From Halocafeteria seosinensis (Eukaryota), in contig LVLI01000315.1 of assembly GCA_001687465.1 (NCBI GenBank), positions 1-54,350 on the forward strand: 54,350 nt of DNA. The letters are read 5' to 3'. Below are positions 1 through 13,675 of this stretch, piece after piece. The position numbers and the translations under genes are program-made. How positions within the stretch are numbered: position 1 is the first letter of the stretch; every line of letters starts with the position of its first letter. A model generated the notes under the pieces. It saw only the letters and a program-made list of their open reading frames with translations, did no database searches and had not been told where the DNA came from.

Positions 1-380
1 CTACCCGGAACCGGCCCAACATCTTCACGTTGTGGCGCATCAACGTGACTGACAGTTTGGCCGTCATCAGCTTGCGGAAGTTCCGCATCTCCCTTTTTCC
101 CCAGCGGGAGCCCGGTGCTTTCTCTCGGGTGCGCCTTCCCCGAAGCCGCCCGTCGCGAACGGGATAATTTCCGTGTGGTGGTCCCTCAGGTGCCCGCATT
201 TTGTCCGCTTCATCTTCTTCGCTTCTGCCGCGATGGTGAGGGGTCTTCCCGCTGTCCTGGCTAGTCTGTCTCCCGTGCGGGGGTTTGGTACTGTCATATC
301 GACGTACAGTGTGCTTGTTGGGTCCTTTGTTACCAGGTCCATTACTGGCCTCGCCTCTCCTTCGTTTCGCGGGTCTATTA
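1..380 (-). repeat. Inverted copy of 906-1285 (retroelement endonuclease region), running off the window start
   Basis: Position n pairs with 1286-n over 1-380, with at least 4 substitutions. ORFs 67..342(-) and 815..1219(+) give near-identical translations. Confidence 0.95.
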
Positions 381-559
381 TGTGGTACAGGGAAACTTAG
401 GCGACTGTACCGTGGAATCACACTGGTTGCACTTCGCTCATCCTTTTGGTGCTGTATGCTCGTGGCTCTGACGGTCTGAGTATACTCGGACAGTCTCAAA
501 GTGTTTGCTCAAACCCGATGTCCTCAGAAGCGAACTCCTTGTCGGGGTGAGCGAGAGTC

Positions 560-1308
560 CCGCGTTCCCTCGGCTGCACCGGCGTATGGCAGCATGAGAC
601 TTCTCACTGGGTTGTGCCCATGTACAACGCCCTGCCACAGCCATTTTAGGGGTATTAGCTATTTTAAGGATGGAAGCAGATGGCACTGTGTCTGCCCACT
701 CAGCAAATCGTGTTCTCTACCCCATTGGCGTTCTTCACTTTGAAGAAGCTGCAGTTCCCGGACTTCTGTCCTCGATGGATGGAGATGCAAGTATAGTCTA
801 GTCCACGCACTGGTGTGCGGCAAAGAAGTCACCGTCATGACGGGATAGCAGTGGAACTGAAGAACTACATCCGCATGAGTCAAATGCCAGTGGAGAGCGA
901 GAGGCTAATAGACCCGCGAAACGAAGGAGAGGCGAGGCCAGTAATGGACCTGGTAACAAAGGACCCAACAAGCACACTGTACGTCGATATGACAGTACCA
1001 AACCCCCTCACGGGAGACAGACTAGCCAGGACAGCGGGAAGACCCCTCACCATCGCGGCAGAAGCGAAGAAGATGAAGCGGACAAAATACGGGCACCTGA
1101 GGGACCACCATACGGAAATTATCCCGTTCGCGACGGGCGGCTTCGGGGAAGACGCACCCGAGAGAAAGCACCGGGCTCCCGCTGGGGAAAAAGGGAGATG
1201 CGGAACTTCCGCAAGCTGATGACGGCCAAACTGTCAGTCACGTTGATGCGCCACAACGTGAAGATGTTGGGCCGGTTCCGGGTAGGGTCCACCCCTCACA
1301 CGTCGTAG
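560..1308 (+). mobile_element. Degenerate 3' end of an RLE-encoding (CRE-like) non-LTR retrotransposon: zinc-knuckle remnant plus restriction-like endonuclease
   Basis: Across frameshifts it reads MRLLTGLCPC...HALVC / RHDGIA...RPVMDLV...LYVDMTVPNP...AEAKKMKRTKY...IIPFATGGFGEDA / LSVTLMRHNVKML, stop at 1306-1308. This order (RLG-like, HxxxC, RHD, D..D, KxxKY, PF..G.G, SV.L.R.N) is typical of RLE C-termini. No RT domain seen. The 5' boundary is approximate. Confidence 0.75.
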
Positions 1309-1925
1309 CGTAGCCTGCAGCAGACACGTCTTCCGGTAGGAGCAATACCAATACACACTTCGCCACTTCAGCAAGCTGCCCAGTCGAAGAAGCTTCCAAA
1401 CCAGCGAACATTGTAGGTCGACTGCATGCAAGTATGGACGCACGCGTCATAATTGTTATATTTTATTGCATTCTTGCTGCATGCTAGGAAGACTGGACAG
1501 TCCCTCGCTATCTGCTGACAGTGGTGGGGATTTTCGATTCTTGTGGGGATCATGGTGACATGCTACTGCATCTTGGACGAGAAGACATTTACAGTTTGCA
1601 GCTGTGATGAAGACAGGAAAAAGTGCCAAAGAGAGCGGAGCGTAGCATTGTTCGTTTAGCACCGTGTATAATGTGACATAGTGTATGCACGCACCCCAGG
1701 AATTCGTTGCGCCAACACAACAGCAGCGCAATGGAACGATGAAATTCCAAAGTAAAATTACCGATGAAGCATACATACCGTCTCCTGCTCGCTTTCAGCT
1801 GGTTAGCAGTGAGTCAACACTTCGTTGCACGTTGCAGCAAAGCTAGAAGCCGGGATTCCGTTCGTAGAAGTAAGAATGTTCAATTTGATTGACGTGCTAG
1901 TACAGAAGGTCTTGTACAGTCTCTA

Positions 1926-4900
1926 TCATGCACGATCGCTTTCCAGCAACTGCAGAAGCGATCTGGCTGCAGGACCATCGCTGGTATATCTTACGTGTCT
2001 GCCTATGCTAGTAATCTATGAATACTACACTCAATATCGTTAGTCATCGAACGTTATCCAATATTCGAAGAAATCCGTTCCAGTCACGGAGCTCTTGAAT
2101 AGTCAAACCCGAGGTGACGTTCAACTGGTTGTCCGCAGTCAGTACCGTTCTCATAGCCGTCTTGGTCTCTGGAAGCATGTATCGAAGATTGTGCTCACCT
2201 GCAAGGAAACCACTCAAGCTATACACAAAAACTTTCAATGCGATTCCATATCATACCTGCCATATGCCACGTTAAAGACACTACTATCATTTGTAGTAGT
2301 CCCAGTAAAACGCGCCGGCATTGTGGAGTCATCGAGGGAGCAACTCGGCATAAACTGAAAACACTTGGCCATAATGGCTGAAGGATTTCAGCCCAAGGAT
2401 CTCCAACGGAGGGAGCAAGGAGTTCGTCATCAGAAAGAAACTTAGTTTGAATAAGCTCTGGATCAACCTTTGATAAAGCACCTGCTTTGCTTGCAAAAAG
2501 AACGAGTTGCTGTAGAGTTTTTAAAATATCGGCGTCTTTCTCCACATGCAACGGCAGAGTGTCGGTTAGCGCTTGAACAAAGGAGGTAAACATCCGTTCG
2601 CCAGTCCTGGGGAAGATTAACATAAAAGTACAATTGCTAGAAACGGCGCCTGTACTGGTGCAATAACTTACTCTAGCTTCTGTTTCTTGTTGGAAGGTTC
2701 CTGCACCACCAAATCCTCATCAGTCTCCGCTGGGAGCCCAGCATCCTCCTCAGACAAAGTAGAGTTTAAGAGCTTCTCCAGCGCAGCATCGTTTTGGAAG
2801 TCTACAACGTTGACTTGAATCTCCGTCCGACACGGTTCCACATCATAGCTTCCCGTAAGCCCGATTTGCTGTTCACTTGATAGACTGGAACAGCACAGTC
2901 GAGAAGCTATCTCGAAGTCATTCCACAGAGATCGAGGAACCTTGATATCGAACAGGTCGCAGGATGACTTCATTAATAGTCCGTACACAGAGCGGGAGAT
3001 AGAGGTTTCGGAAACTGCAAGTCACAACAAACGTTTATTAAGACCGAATGTACCACAAAGCTAGAGTACTCTTACGTTCGGGAATTTGCGGAGCCTGGAG
3101 TTTGTCTGAGCTACCTTTCCGTCCGCAGGAATCCTCCAAAGCGGAGGCGTTGTTGCCATTACTACTGGCAGAGTCCGCACTTGCAGAGTCCGCACTTACT
3201 CCGGCCATAGTCACACCTGTTTCACCTGATATCGGTAGAGGACCCTCAGTTTCAGCAGAGGCACGGTGAGTGTCACATCCAATGTCATTTATGGAGCTAG
3301 CACCACTGTCGTCTTTTCCCATCGATTCCATTATCGCTTCCGCTGCGGACTGAGCCATCCCACGGAATTTACTACGCCAAGCGGCAGAATCTTGTTTCTT
3401 CGTCTGCTTACGTTTCTCCCCAGACTCAACGTCGTCCTCTGATTCCTTACAATTCACCCCTTCATCGAATTCTAATTCTAATGGCGATTGTTCATATCTA
3501 TTTCGACCCTTCGTGTGGAAAATGCATCGTCGGGCGAGCAATGCCTCTGGATTGTCATTTTCTTCAGGTGATCGGGACCACAACGAGGGTGAACGTCCCT
3601 GTAGCAAACTAACACTTTCTTCAAGCCTATTCCTAAACGACTGAAGGTGAGATGGATCGGCAGCAATAATATCACTGGGAGTTGAACTTGTTGCGCCGAT
3701 TAGCTTCGTGTGTAGATTGCAAAGTCTTGTCACAAAGCGATACTTCTGAACTACCCCTTCTAGGACTCTTTGGTGGGCATCACCCCATTGAAGCAAGTTC
3801 TGTAGCTGCGACGAAGTTCCTCCTTCCCTCAGCAGTTCACCAATAAGCGTAGAAAACATTTTGAGGAAAGAAGAATACCCGAAAAATACTCGTGAGCACG
3901 CAATCCACTCCAAAATTGTGAACAAGATTGCCACAATTTCCTTTGTAATGTCAGAGTTCTGAATAAGAAGCTTCGGTCCAAACGATATACAACTCAGTAA
4001 GACTTCTGTTATGGTCTTCAAAGAACCATTATTTTTCAGCGTTTCCAGCTTTTTCCGTGGAGGATCACGAGAGCTACAACTTGCTGCCTTTAACGGCAAA
4101 TTGTTCTTAACGCAGCTAGGAATCATTCCTATCTGAGACCGCTGAAACAGACGGCAGCTGTCTTTTTGAGCGGGATTCAGGGTCTCGCTTCTAAACGACA
4201 AGGCACGTTGCAACTTCTTGGCAAAGCACATTAAAGTTGCTCTTGATACATGGGCGTCCGCAGTGGTTGCCATCCCTGCGGATAGCTTAATGCGGCTTTC
4301 CACCGAATCCCCAACGAGCGATGCCGTCGGGAATATCCGAACAAGGTTACAGTGGTGAACAGGGTACACTGGCTGAAACGAAGGTTCTAGAACTGATAGT
4401 ACGGTTTCAATATCTCCACAGGTCTTAGGCAGTGTCTTCATCTGGCTACTGAGGGAAACAGACAGTTCTTTACGGTCGTCGCCACACAAGACCGCGGAAG
4501 CTTCTGAAAGCATACACTCTGCTAGTCCTAAGAACGTTACATAAAGTTGGTTTTCGTCCCGCTTGAAATAATGCTCTCGCTTACGCACGTGCCTTAACCA
4601 CTTCTTTTGCTTACTGCATAGCTCCACTGCGGTAGTTCCCAACTTTTCCAATAGAACGTAAGACACTTTATACACTGCAGATTCTTCCCTCGCGCCAAAC
4701 AGTATGTCCCACAGCTGCAGGTAGATGCGATAAAGGAGTAGACAGTCACTGAACGAGGTGCTTCTTTCGGGAGGGAATGAGAGGAGCTCAGTCTTCCGTA
4801 GACCAGCTGACACATCATCAACGCTCAACTTGCCTGTCCGTTTGATGGCCCGGGAAATTGCGGACTCCGAATGTATAAGCCAATGCAACGGTCTTCTAAA

Positions 4901-7900
4901 TTCTGAGTATATATGCAAATAGCGACACTGTATACTTCGAGTCGCATCGGGCACTATGGCTTCTTGTCTTGTGAGCGCCGGTATGCTGCTGTCATGCGAG
5001 ACGGAGACGCCACATTTACTGCAAAACTCTCCCAGCAACTCTAGTTCCTTCCTACCTAGAGAACCGTCACGAGGCAGGAGGTTGTCCATCCAATAATGCA
5101 CTGCCGGCCCAATCAGCCGCAAGTTATGGCCTTGGTGAGAAGGTTGCATTGTCTTGACGCTATCCAGAATGTTGTCGACGAAATCATTGGAAATGCGGCA
5201 CAGAATCCGAAATAACTTGTACGCTAAGGTGTTTAACACATACGTGCGCTTTTCATCCTCCCTTACAAGTGCCAACACCACGACCACCGTTTCAACAATA
5301 AACAGTTTCATCGAAAAGGGAAACTCCCACAAGGAAGAATAGGGGCCGATAGCCGCCTGTGCTCTTAGCAGTTCTCCACGCGACGTCATGGGAAGGGCTT
5401 CAAGCAATTCACGAGCAGTGATTTCAACTATGGAGGAAGATTGCGGTAACAGAGACTGCCCTTCTGGAGACGAAAGAATCCACTGAAACCAACTAAAATA
5501 TTGTAGTTTTCTAGTGCCATCGACAAAGTTACCCAAAATTCTAGCAAGCAAGCTGTGGCACATGATGACCTTAATTAGTAGCTGAGATCGCCGTTGTCGA
5601 AGGAAGTTGGCAGCAATATCCAAAATTTTCCCAGCATATTCATAAATTTTCTCACTTGGTAGCGCTGATAGTTTCTTAGACGACTGCGAACACGATTGGC
5701 AAATTTCCTGGACTTCCTCTAAACCGATCCCCTCAAGCAAGACCTTGGACGCTGAGCAAAATGCCAAATGGGATAGTGTAAAAGATGGTAATTTCATGTA
5801 CAACGAATGGTCATATGACAGCAAACACTGCAACCACTCTGGAGGCTCTTGCAACCCTTGTCCACCATGCAGTAGCTGCGTTGCCGCAATTGCCAGAAAC
5901 TCGTCAAAAACCGGGGGTTCTTTTTGCTCCCTCAAGGAGCGCCCCAATCCAAAAGCTGACGTTTTCAGCTCATCCACAATAAGAGACCAGTTCGTCCCAC
6001 GGTTAAATAAGTCATTCCATATGTCTCCAGGGACTGCAGATCGGGAACAGGATAAAATCATAAATACATTCCCAACGACAAAAGCACTGGGAGGATACGT
6101 ACTATCACCACATTGGAAATGTGCTTTCACGGCACAACAGACTTGTTTCCATGCTAAATGCCCACCAAGTTTCTGCACACCTGACGCGTAGTACATGGTC
6201 ATCACAATAGAAAGCAGAATGCTTTTCTTTGTGTGGATGTAAGCGAAATCAGAGAGAGGCGAGGAATTCTTCCAGAAATGGACGGAGAATGACTTCGGGC
6301 AAACGCAAACCCAGAGCAAGGAGAAACAATCTGACAACCCGTTCAACACTCTTGACTCGCCCAACCAAGCTAGTTCGGCATTATCAATAGCACGAAGATA
6401 ATTCGGTGATACGGGAGTAGTTTCACTCACTTGGTTTCCCTGGAAGCAAGTGTGCAGCCAAGCAGTGAGTGCGCCCGTCACAGCCTTGTTGCCCGACATC
6501 TGCGACAAGTTGCTGATGGCATCCGTCAATGAGCGGACCCATTCCGTAATTTCCGTGGTATCAATAGTCTCCTTGTACACGTAATCTACGGAATTCGTTG
6601 TACGGACTATGTAATGCCCCAAATCCCGTAATGAGTTTTCCACAACGTGGGGTCGAGAATGCGCTATCTCAGGATCGTGGAACAAGCCACAAAGGAATCC
6701 GTCCACCAATGCGAGGGTATTACCAGGAAGTGTTTCCCCAATTTTTGCCATTTCAAAAAACGGTTGGAGAGGATTGTTTTCATCGAATGGTACAGAGTTT
6801 TGCAATTGTGGTTTTAAGATCACATTCTCGTGCACCAACTCCCAAAAGCCATGCCGGAGTGCATTTCGAAATTGAGAATCACGAAACTGCTTATCAGGGT
6901 CGATATCCGGTTGTAGTAAAAAAGAAATCGTTATGGGTATAGTCGAAAGATCAGCTAATACACGAAGAGCAGAAAGTACATCGATGCATGCGAAAGCAAA
7001 GTTCCAAGACCGCGCACTTGATATGAAGTTGACTCGATTTTCTATCACAGCTTTTATCAGCATTTCAGCGTCTTCGTAACATTCCATGGGTTCCTCTTCG
7101 TGAAAACAGTGAAGTAGAATCGACAATTTGGGCTCTCTCAAAGCCATAGAAAGGTTATCGAACTGCTTTACTGTCTGCTGTACATCTTCCTGTATCTGTC
7201 TGCCCCGGGACTTCAAATCCTCAACTGCTATTAAACCTCTCAGCGAATGTAGTACATCATGCCGCAGTACTGCACCCTTGTAGTGTACATGGTAACTGAC
7301 AGCAGCATATAGCTTCGAAGTTTGTTCACAAAACGCCCTTTCCGGCAAAGAGCGCAATGGCCTATTGTAAATCGTCAAAGGTAAAGTCCAGAAGTGCTTC
7401 AGTGACTGGCGGAGTAGACATTCAGCTCTAAAGAAGGCTAAAAACGTTTCAGATTTTGCAGGGGCAATTGTATTACCTACTGTCAGAGCTAGAGACAGTG
7501 CAGTCCAATCTAGTCCTTCCGAGCCATTAACACCCATCATAACCAGAAAATTGCTTACATAGCATAGCGAGGATTGAAACAAGCCTTGTATGTAGGTACG
7601 ATCTTTCCCGAGATCTTCTTGAAGCTGCGCTCCGAACAGGCAATTGTGTATCTGACTCTCATGGACTTGTTCACCTTGGTACATCCTGTGATAGATATCG
7701 CTCCATGACGAAGAATCTAAAAATCTCGAAAGAGACCAGTTTTGAAAAAATTCCAACCATATTAGTCCGAGGGTATAGCTGATTAAAGAGTTTCTGCCGA
7801 AGGAAGCTTGAGCATTCGTCGTCCCAACTTTCCTCAATGTGGCTTCTCGGATTGCCGAAGTTACATTGCGCCTCACACAAAAGTTGCCCGATACTCCTTT

Positions 7901-9244
7901 CGTTATTACAACATCGCTGACGTAATGAAGTTTCTTATCAAGTTCACCAAAATGAGAAAAAGAAGCCTGTAAGACAACGGGAAGCAGCCTAGCATCGTTC
8001 TCCAAAGCAAACGCTCCAACCAGCAGTAACCACTCAACGCTCTTCGAACAAGCATCGAAGAACAGAGACAGAATTTCTTCCTTGTTTTCTTTAAGACCCA
8101 TGGAGCCATGGAATAATGCTCTCACTATGGAAAAATCTGGATCCGAAGACTCCATTCTGCAAACGAAGTACATAGTCGTATGTAGCCACGGAACACTACG
8201 GAAGACGGTACTTACTCCTTTTTTAGCAATTTCTTTAACAAAGAGTAGGCTAAATGTTCTAAACCAGACGTTTGAGCCCAGGTCCCTAATTTATGGGACG
8301 CGTATAGACGGACAGAGTTGAAAAAGAGCAACTGGTTCACTGCTGTGACGGTGTTTTTTAGATTCCCTTTGAGAAGTTTCCTGAGCACGGATAGGTCCAG
8401 GCATTTCGCCAGAGAAGAGTTCTGAATCAATAAATCTACAGATTCGGAGCATTTCTCTGAACCATTACACATTTCTTTTGCTTGGAGGACCAACATTGCA
8501 ACCTCTTCAAGCGAACTGTCGTCTTGTGCCTCATGAATATATTGGAGAATTTCTCCCGCAAGCGAACTGCATTCAGAATCATCGATCCATGCCCGTCTTC
8601 CTGTGGCATCTATCAAATAGGAAAGTGTAATTCTTATTCTGGAAACTGTACTCAAACGTTGGAGTGCAGCGGTCAGCAAGCTACAAACTAAAGCAGGATG
8701 TAACGTCGGCAAGCGTGCCGAAGGCATCGGCTTCAAGGAAATCTCGTCGAGCTGCGATACAAGGTTGGTAACAACCACATCCGAGCCAAATAACTGCGAT
8801 ACACATATGCTCTTAACAAAGGGTGCACATTACAGCCTTCGGAGGAACACCACATACTGAAGCAGGAGTACTCGCCGTAATTTCCTTGAGTCTCTGGTAT
8901 AAGGACGATGAGTTTCTCCCTCTCAGTTCCATCTTCCGAAGCGATGCAAGGCACTGTTCTAGAGCTGTCGCGAAGCCCTCTGTATCCTGGTTCTGCTGAC
9001 AAGTGACCAAGGTATCCGTAGGTGCCGAAGCCGGAGTTTCCAAGTTGATTGAAGTATCTGACCCTAACCGTAACGATGCCGCAGAGGCAGTGGCAGCAGT
9101 AGCAGAGGGGGCATTTCCATCACTTGTAGGTGTTTCTGTAGCAGAGGCTTGCGTTGTGGCTGCTGTCGATGAAGATGAGGAACTCGCCGATGGTCTTGAT
9201 GAGGCACTGGCAGCACGACGGACGCCTCTTTTCTTTGTAGGCAT
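1926..9244 (-). CDS. Large multi-exon uncharacterised protein (about 2,300 aa), probably largely alpha-helical
   Basis: ORFs 8813-9295, 8212-8778, 3038-8173, 2668-2988, 2219-2623 and 2044-2238 join in frame through GT-AG introns (e.g. 8794-8833 and 8157-8215). The N-terminus is basic and Ser/Thr/Ala-rich (MPTKKRGVRR). The 3' end is tentative: stop at 1926 after LLESDRA. No family recognised. Confidence 0.7.
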
Positions 9245-10003
9245 AAACATGATTAAGAACAAAATACAGTTCGATTGCTTTGTATATAACCCCAAGAACT
9301 ACCATCACATCATCAACCACCGACTCATTCAACGTGGTGCAATCGCGGACGGGGGGGCACATCATGGACTAGACTCCCTCAACGAAATGATTGCTCGATT
9401 GTGCTCAGAATTCCCCATGTGCCCCCCTTTATGGGCTACCAGCAATTCCTTTAGGAACGTATGCGCAGAAATCTTTATCAGCACAAGTTTCTACACCCTT
9501 GCAATCGCCCAATAGTAGTTTCTTCAGCAGTGTGTACCGGCCAATGTGGTGGTCTGCAGGAATCATCACCAACCATATTGTACCCAGAGAGTACAAAAAG
9601 TAGCAGTGGTAAGAAAGTCAAGCGTAGCTACGCTGGAGAGATTTGGCTGCAGAGGAATCATCTTGGGACTCGTCAGTCATGGGTTGCGTTAGAGGTGCCG
9701 TCGGTGTGGCTTGCGGATGGTACTGCGGCTGCTGAAATTGACTAGGTAGATACATGCGTAACAGAGTCAAAGTGTAAAGCGGACATGGCTCAGTACATCC
9801 AACCTGGGTAACACGATTGGAACACTAGGTAATCTGCCGAACTGTGCATTACTTCACTTTCTTAATGATGCCATTGCGGCAGAACGGCCTACCTACACTC
9901 GACTGACAGCAAAGTACCAGGTAGTGGTAGCCGTTCTCCTCAAATACAAGCATTCTTGATCGCCTTAGATAAACGTGCAGATGGACCCTGAGAGGGTCCA
10001 GTC

Positions 10004-10530
10004 TTACTTTTTGTCGCCTCCTTTTTTCTTATTCGGACGAGGCAGTTTCGTCTCAAGAGTCTTTTCGAGTTTGTTAATTATTTGCGGGTTTGGTATGGCT
10101 TTACCACTTTCATACTCAGTTATGATTGCTGGCTTCTCGCAAATAGCGGATGCAAGCTGTTTCTGGTTCATCTTTTTCGCCATGCGTGCCTTCTGTATAG
10201 ACTTAGCTAACGAGAGTGGCACGGTGCTATCTGCGGAGAGCACTCGTAGGATGATAATGTGTCGTTATGGCTACGGACCAGAATACAATTACTTACGTGC
10301 AAAATGTTCGTCATCTTCCTCGAGTTTCTTCATACTAGTTCCAGCAGCGGTAGCGCTATGTGCACTCTTATTTTCTCCGGAGGCAACTGCTATTCGCAAA
10401 TCGCAATGAACATCACAACATGGGAGGGACCTGACCAAGACTTACATTTCCTCTCTTTTGTGGTTGCGCCAGATCCACCTCCCTTCTTGTGGATCACTTG
10501 AGGAGTCCAATCCTGATGATCAGCCTGCAT
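10004..10530 (-). CDS. MBF1: Multiprotein bridging factor 1 (HTH coactivator), 3 exons
   Basis: MQADHQDWTPQVIHKK...KKLEEDDE...IQKARMAKKMNQKQLASAICEKPAIITEYESGKAIPNPQIINKLEKTL. Confidence 0.93.
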
Positions 10531-11183
10531 GAGGGATAAAAACCACGTGCATTCCAACGTAAGCACTGAGCTTGAAGAACAAATTTTCGAAAGTATGCAA
10601 CCATTTCCCAGGATTTCGCATACAATAACCACACGCCCTCGTTCCCAACATATTCAGCCTCATTGAAGGAATACGAATCTTGAAGGGCCTAATATGGCCC
10701 CTATGCACCATGCACTAAAGCGCGTTGGCCCTGGAAGCGTAATGGAAGTGTAGAAGAGCCACACGCACATACCATTTTTCTCTCCCTGTTTTGCACGTGT
10801 TTTCCAATGCTCAATTCACTGAACCTCGTAGAGACAATGCTTTTTAATTGCTCTCACTCTTGTTCCCTATTTCATACAATCCTCTGTGGATATGGCAATA
10901 TGAGATCTTTTAAACCACCCCCTGCAGTATGCTGCTCGCGGAAACCTAAGTTACCTACAAACGCTTGTACATTGTCCACGCATTCCGGTACGACCCCTTG
11001 ATATTCACGCAAGATAGGAAAGACAGGGAGAACAATAGTGGAGAAAATACCCGAATAGATGGAAGATGGACTCTTGGTGTATTTTCGCCAACGTTTCTCT
11101 AGATCTTGCGTATCGCTTCCTTCCTAGCAGGTCCTCCATTCCATATCTCCCAAGTAAAAGACGACTCACATATCGTCACCAGT

Positions 11184-11655
11184 TTATCCCATAAAGTTCC
11201 ACATAGTCAAGAATAGTATCAGGTTACAAAATACATAGTCTGCGAACGCTCTCTGAGGGGATCGAAATTTCAGATCATCACTGTTTAGTTGCATCCGTAG
11301 AGATACTGCAGACACCACACAAGATAATCAATTGGTTTACACAGTTTCATTCCCAATAGATATATTCATGTATGAGTAGAACAGAGCCCCTAAAGATGGC
11401 CTGTATACACTGGAAAAGACACTTACAGATCAGTACAGCTGAGCCCAAGCAGCTAAAGAGTGCTGCCAAGAACGCGTTAAAGGGAAAATGTGTGCCCACT
11501 ACGACCGAATATAGCATTACAATGGCTGCTGTAAGAGCAGCAGCTAATGCACCAGTATCTAATACACGAGCTTTGGGTGATGTCTGCTCCAAATAATTGG
11601 AATATATCTTCTTGAGTATCCCCAGAAAGCTGAGATTAGCTCCATCGTCTGCCAT
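11184..11655 (-). CDS. DAD1: Oligosaccharyltransferase subunit DAD1/OST2, 2 exons
   Basis: VGTHFPFNAFLAALFSCLGSAVL | SLRMQ...SPQRAFADYVFCNLILFLTMWNFMG*. Confidence 0.95.
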
Positions 11656-11927
11656 TTTGTCACCCTGTTTACGCCTCTCTCTGCCGTCTACAAACGTATA
11701 TTTTTAGCCAGTGTAATAGCAGCTGTCCCCAAATGACCCTCGTCATACAACACGAATGAATAAACACAACTAACATCAGCGTTCACCGCTCTTTGGTATT
11801 CATTCTCTCGTTATTGGGTTTGTTGGTACACCTCCACCCCTTGCATGCTCGTATACAACAAGGGACGAAAGGAAGAACGTGTTTGTGCTCAGTGAGTTGC
11901 TGCAATTAGGAAAGAAAAGCGAAGAAA

Positions 11928-13113
11928 ATGTCGTCGGCTACTCCCGTCCATACTATCGATACGGAGCATGCCGATATGGTGGTAAGTCCCTCTTTCTTTA
12001 TTGCTGTGCAACAGCCAAGTTAAACGACTAGTCTGTGCGAATCTGGGACTGCAGCATGACGCGCAATTCGATTACTACGGGAAGCGATTAGCGACATGCT
12101 CCTCGGACCGAACGGTGAAAATCTACAACGTCGATGGAGAGGAGCATGCTTTGACGGCCCAACTTAAAGAGTAAGTCGTTATTTATTTATGCTGGTGTTT
12201 TCGCTTTTCTGTTATTCCGTGCTTTATTTTCCCGTAATACAGGCATGCTGGACCGGTATGGGAAGTAGCGTGGGCTCACCCCAAATTTGGCAGTGTACTT
12301 GCCTCTTGCTCATACGACCGGCAAGTGTTGATTTGGAAGGAAACGCAGCCGGGGTCCTGGACTATCGCCTATGCCCACCGAGAGCACCAATCTTCTGGTA
12401 CGTGTATGACAGAGGCATTGTGTCTTATCGTATCTACGTAGATTCATTCACCAATTCTACCATTTGTATGTACAGTGAATGCTATAGAATTTGCACCGCA
12501 TGAATTTGGTTTGTGTCTGGCATGCGCTTCTTCTGACGGACATCTCTCTATTGTTTCGCAAAATGAGCAAGGAGCCTGGGAATCGCAAATGATTCCGGTC
12601 AATAGTTTAGGATTGAATACTGTCTCATGGGCGCCTGCTTCCCATATTGGCAGCCATGCTAACAACAGGGATATCAGGCGAATTGCAACAGGTGGTTGTG
12701 ACTACCAAATCTTCATTTTCAGGAACATTCGAGCGGGCGGTCAACAGTCGGGCTGGGAGAAAGAAAAAGCGTTGACGGGACATAGCGATTGGGTGAGAGA
12801 TGTAGCCTGGGCTCCTGCCAGTGGGATTCCGGTGAATACCATTGCCTCATGTAGTGAAGACGGAACGGTATTTATTTGGAAACAGCATTCTGCTGACGGT
12901 GAGTGGCACTGTGATCAGTTACCACGTTTTTCAGCTCCTGTCTGGCGAGTAAGTTGGTCTCTGACGGGAACACTATTAGCAGTTAGCTGTGGCGATAATT
13001 CAATTACACTCTGGAAGGAAACCCTATCCGGAAAATGGCAACAAGTTAATGAGGTAGAGAGTGAGCCAGTCGTTCCGGATCCTCGGACTCAGCAGCAAGA
13101 AGTCTTCCAGTGA
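11928..13113 (+). CDS. SEC13: COPII/nucleoporin WD40 protein SEC13, 4 exons
   Basis: [28 protein letters not shown]...[16 protein letters not shown]...[13 protein letters not shown]...WRVSWSLTG. Confidence 0.97.
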
Positions 13114-13675
13114 AATTGTTGAAACCAAATACATAACGTTAAACTTGTTTCTAAATTCTCAATCCAATTAGTCGGTCGCTTATGAAACTTCTTGTCTTCA
13201 GTTTTCAGGCGAGCCGCTGGCGCTCGGTTGTGAACTTCCCGGATGGCATTTAGTCAAGTTTAGCAGTGTACTGTAGGGTTGGAAAACACTCCACTCAAGA
13301 CATAAAATACGGTGCAGAATATACTCGGGGTGACGCTCCATTGTTTCTCCAAGCTGTAGGTGGCTGTAGCTGTGGAAGGCCATTTTACCTGGGCTTGGAT
13401 ACTTCTGACACACTTGATTACTGTGTCTATATTGCTTGTTTAATGCAGATTCCAGAGGACCATTTGCTTCTCAACTATTGGTATTTTCATTTTAATAGTG
13501 TCTTACTGAAATATGAGCTCCAATAAGACTGGTAGAGGAAGTGAGGCTGATGGCAACCCACAGCCAGCTAAAAGCCAGGTACGCCAAATGGACATACAGC
13601 CTTGTACATGGCGCTTTTTAGAAGACGTATAGTCTTTGATGATTACTAATTGTACAGGATACGGGGGGCAATTCT

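Noticed and set aside
9003..9515. 170-aa plus-strand ORF and similar antisense ORFs across the window
   Set aside because: They are shadows of real genes on the opposite strand.
13140..13530. Possible small gene between SEC13 and FPPS
   Set aside because: Only short ORFs with no motif support.
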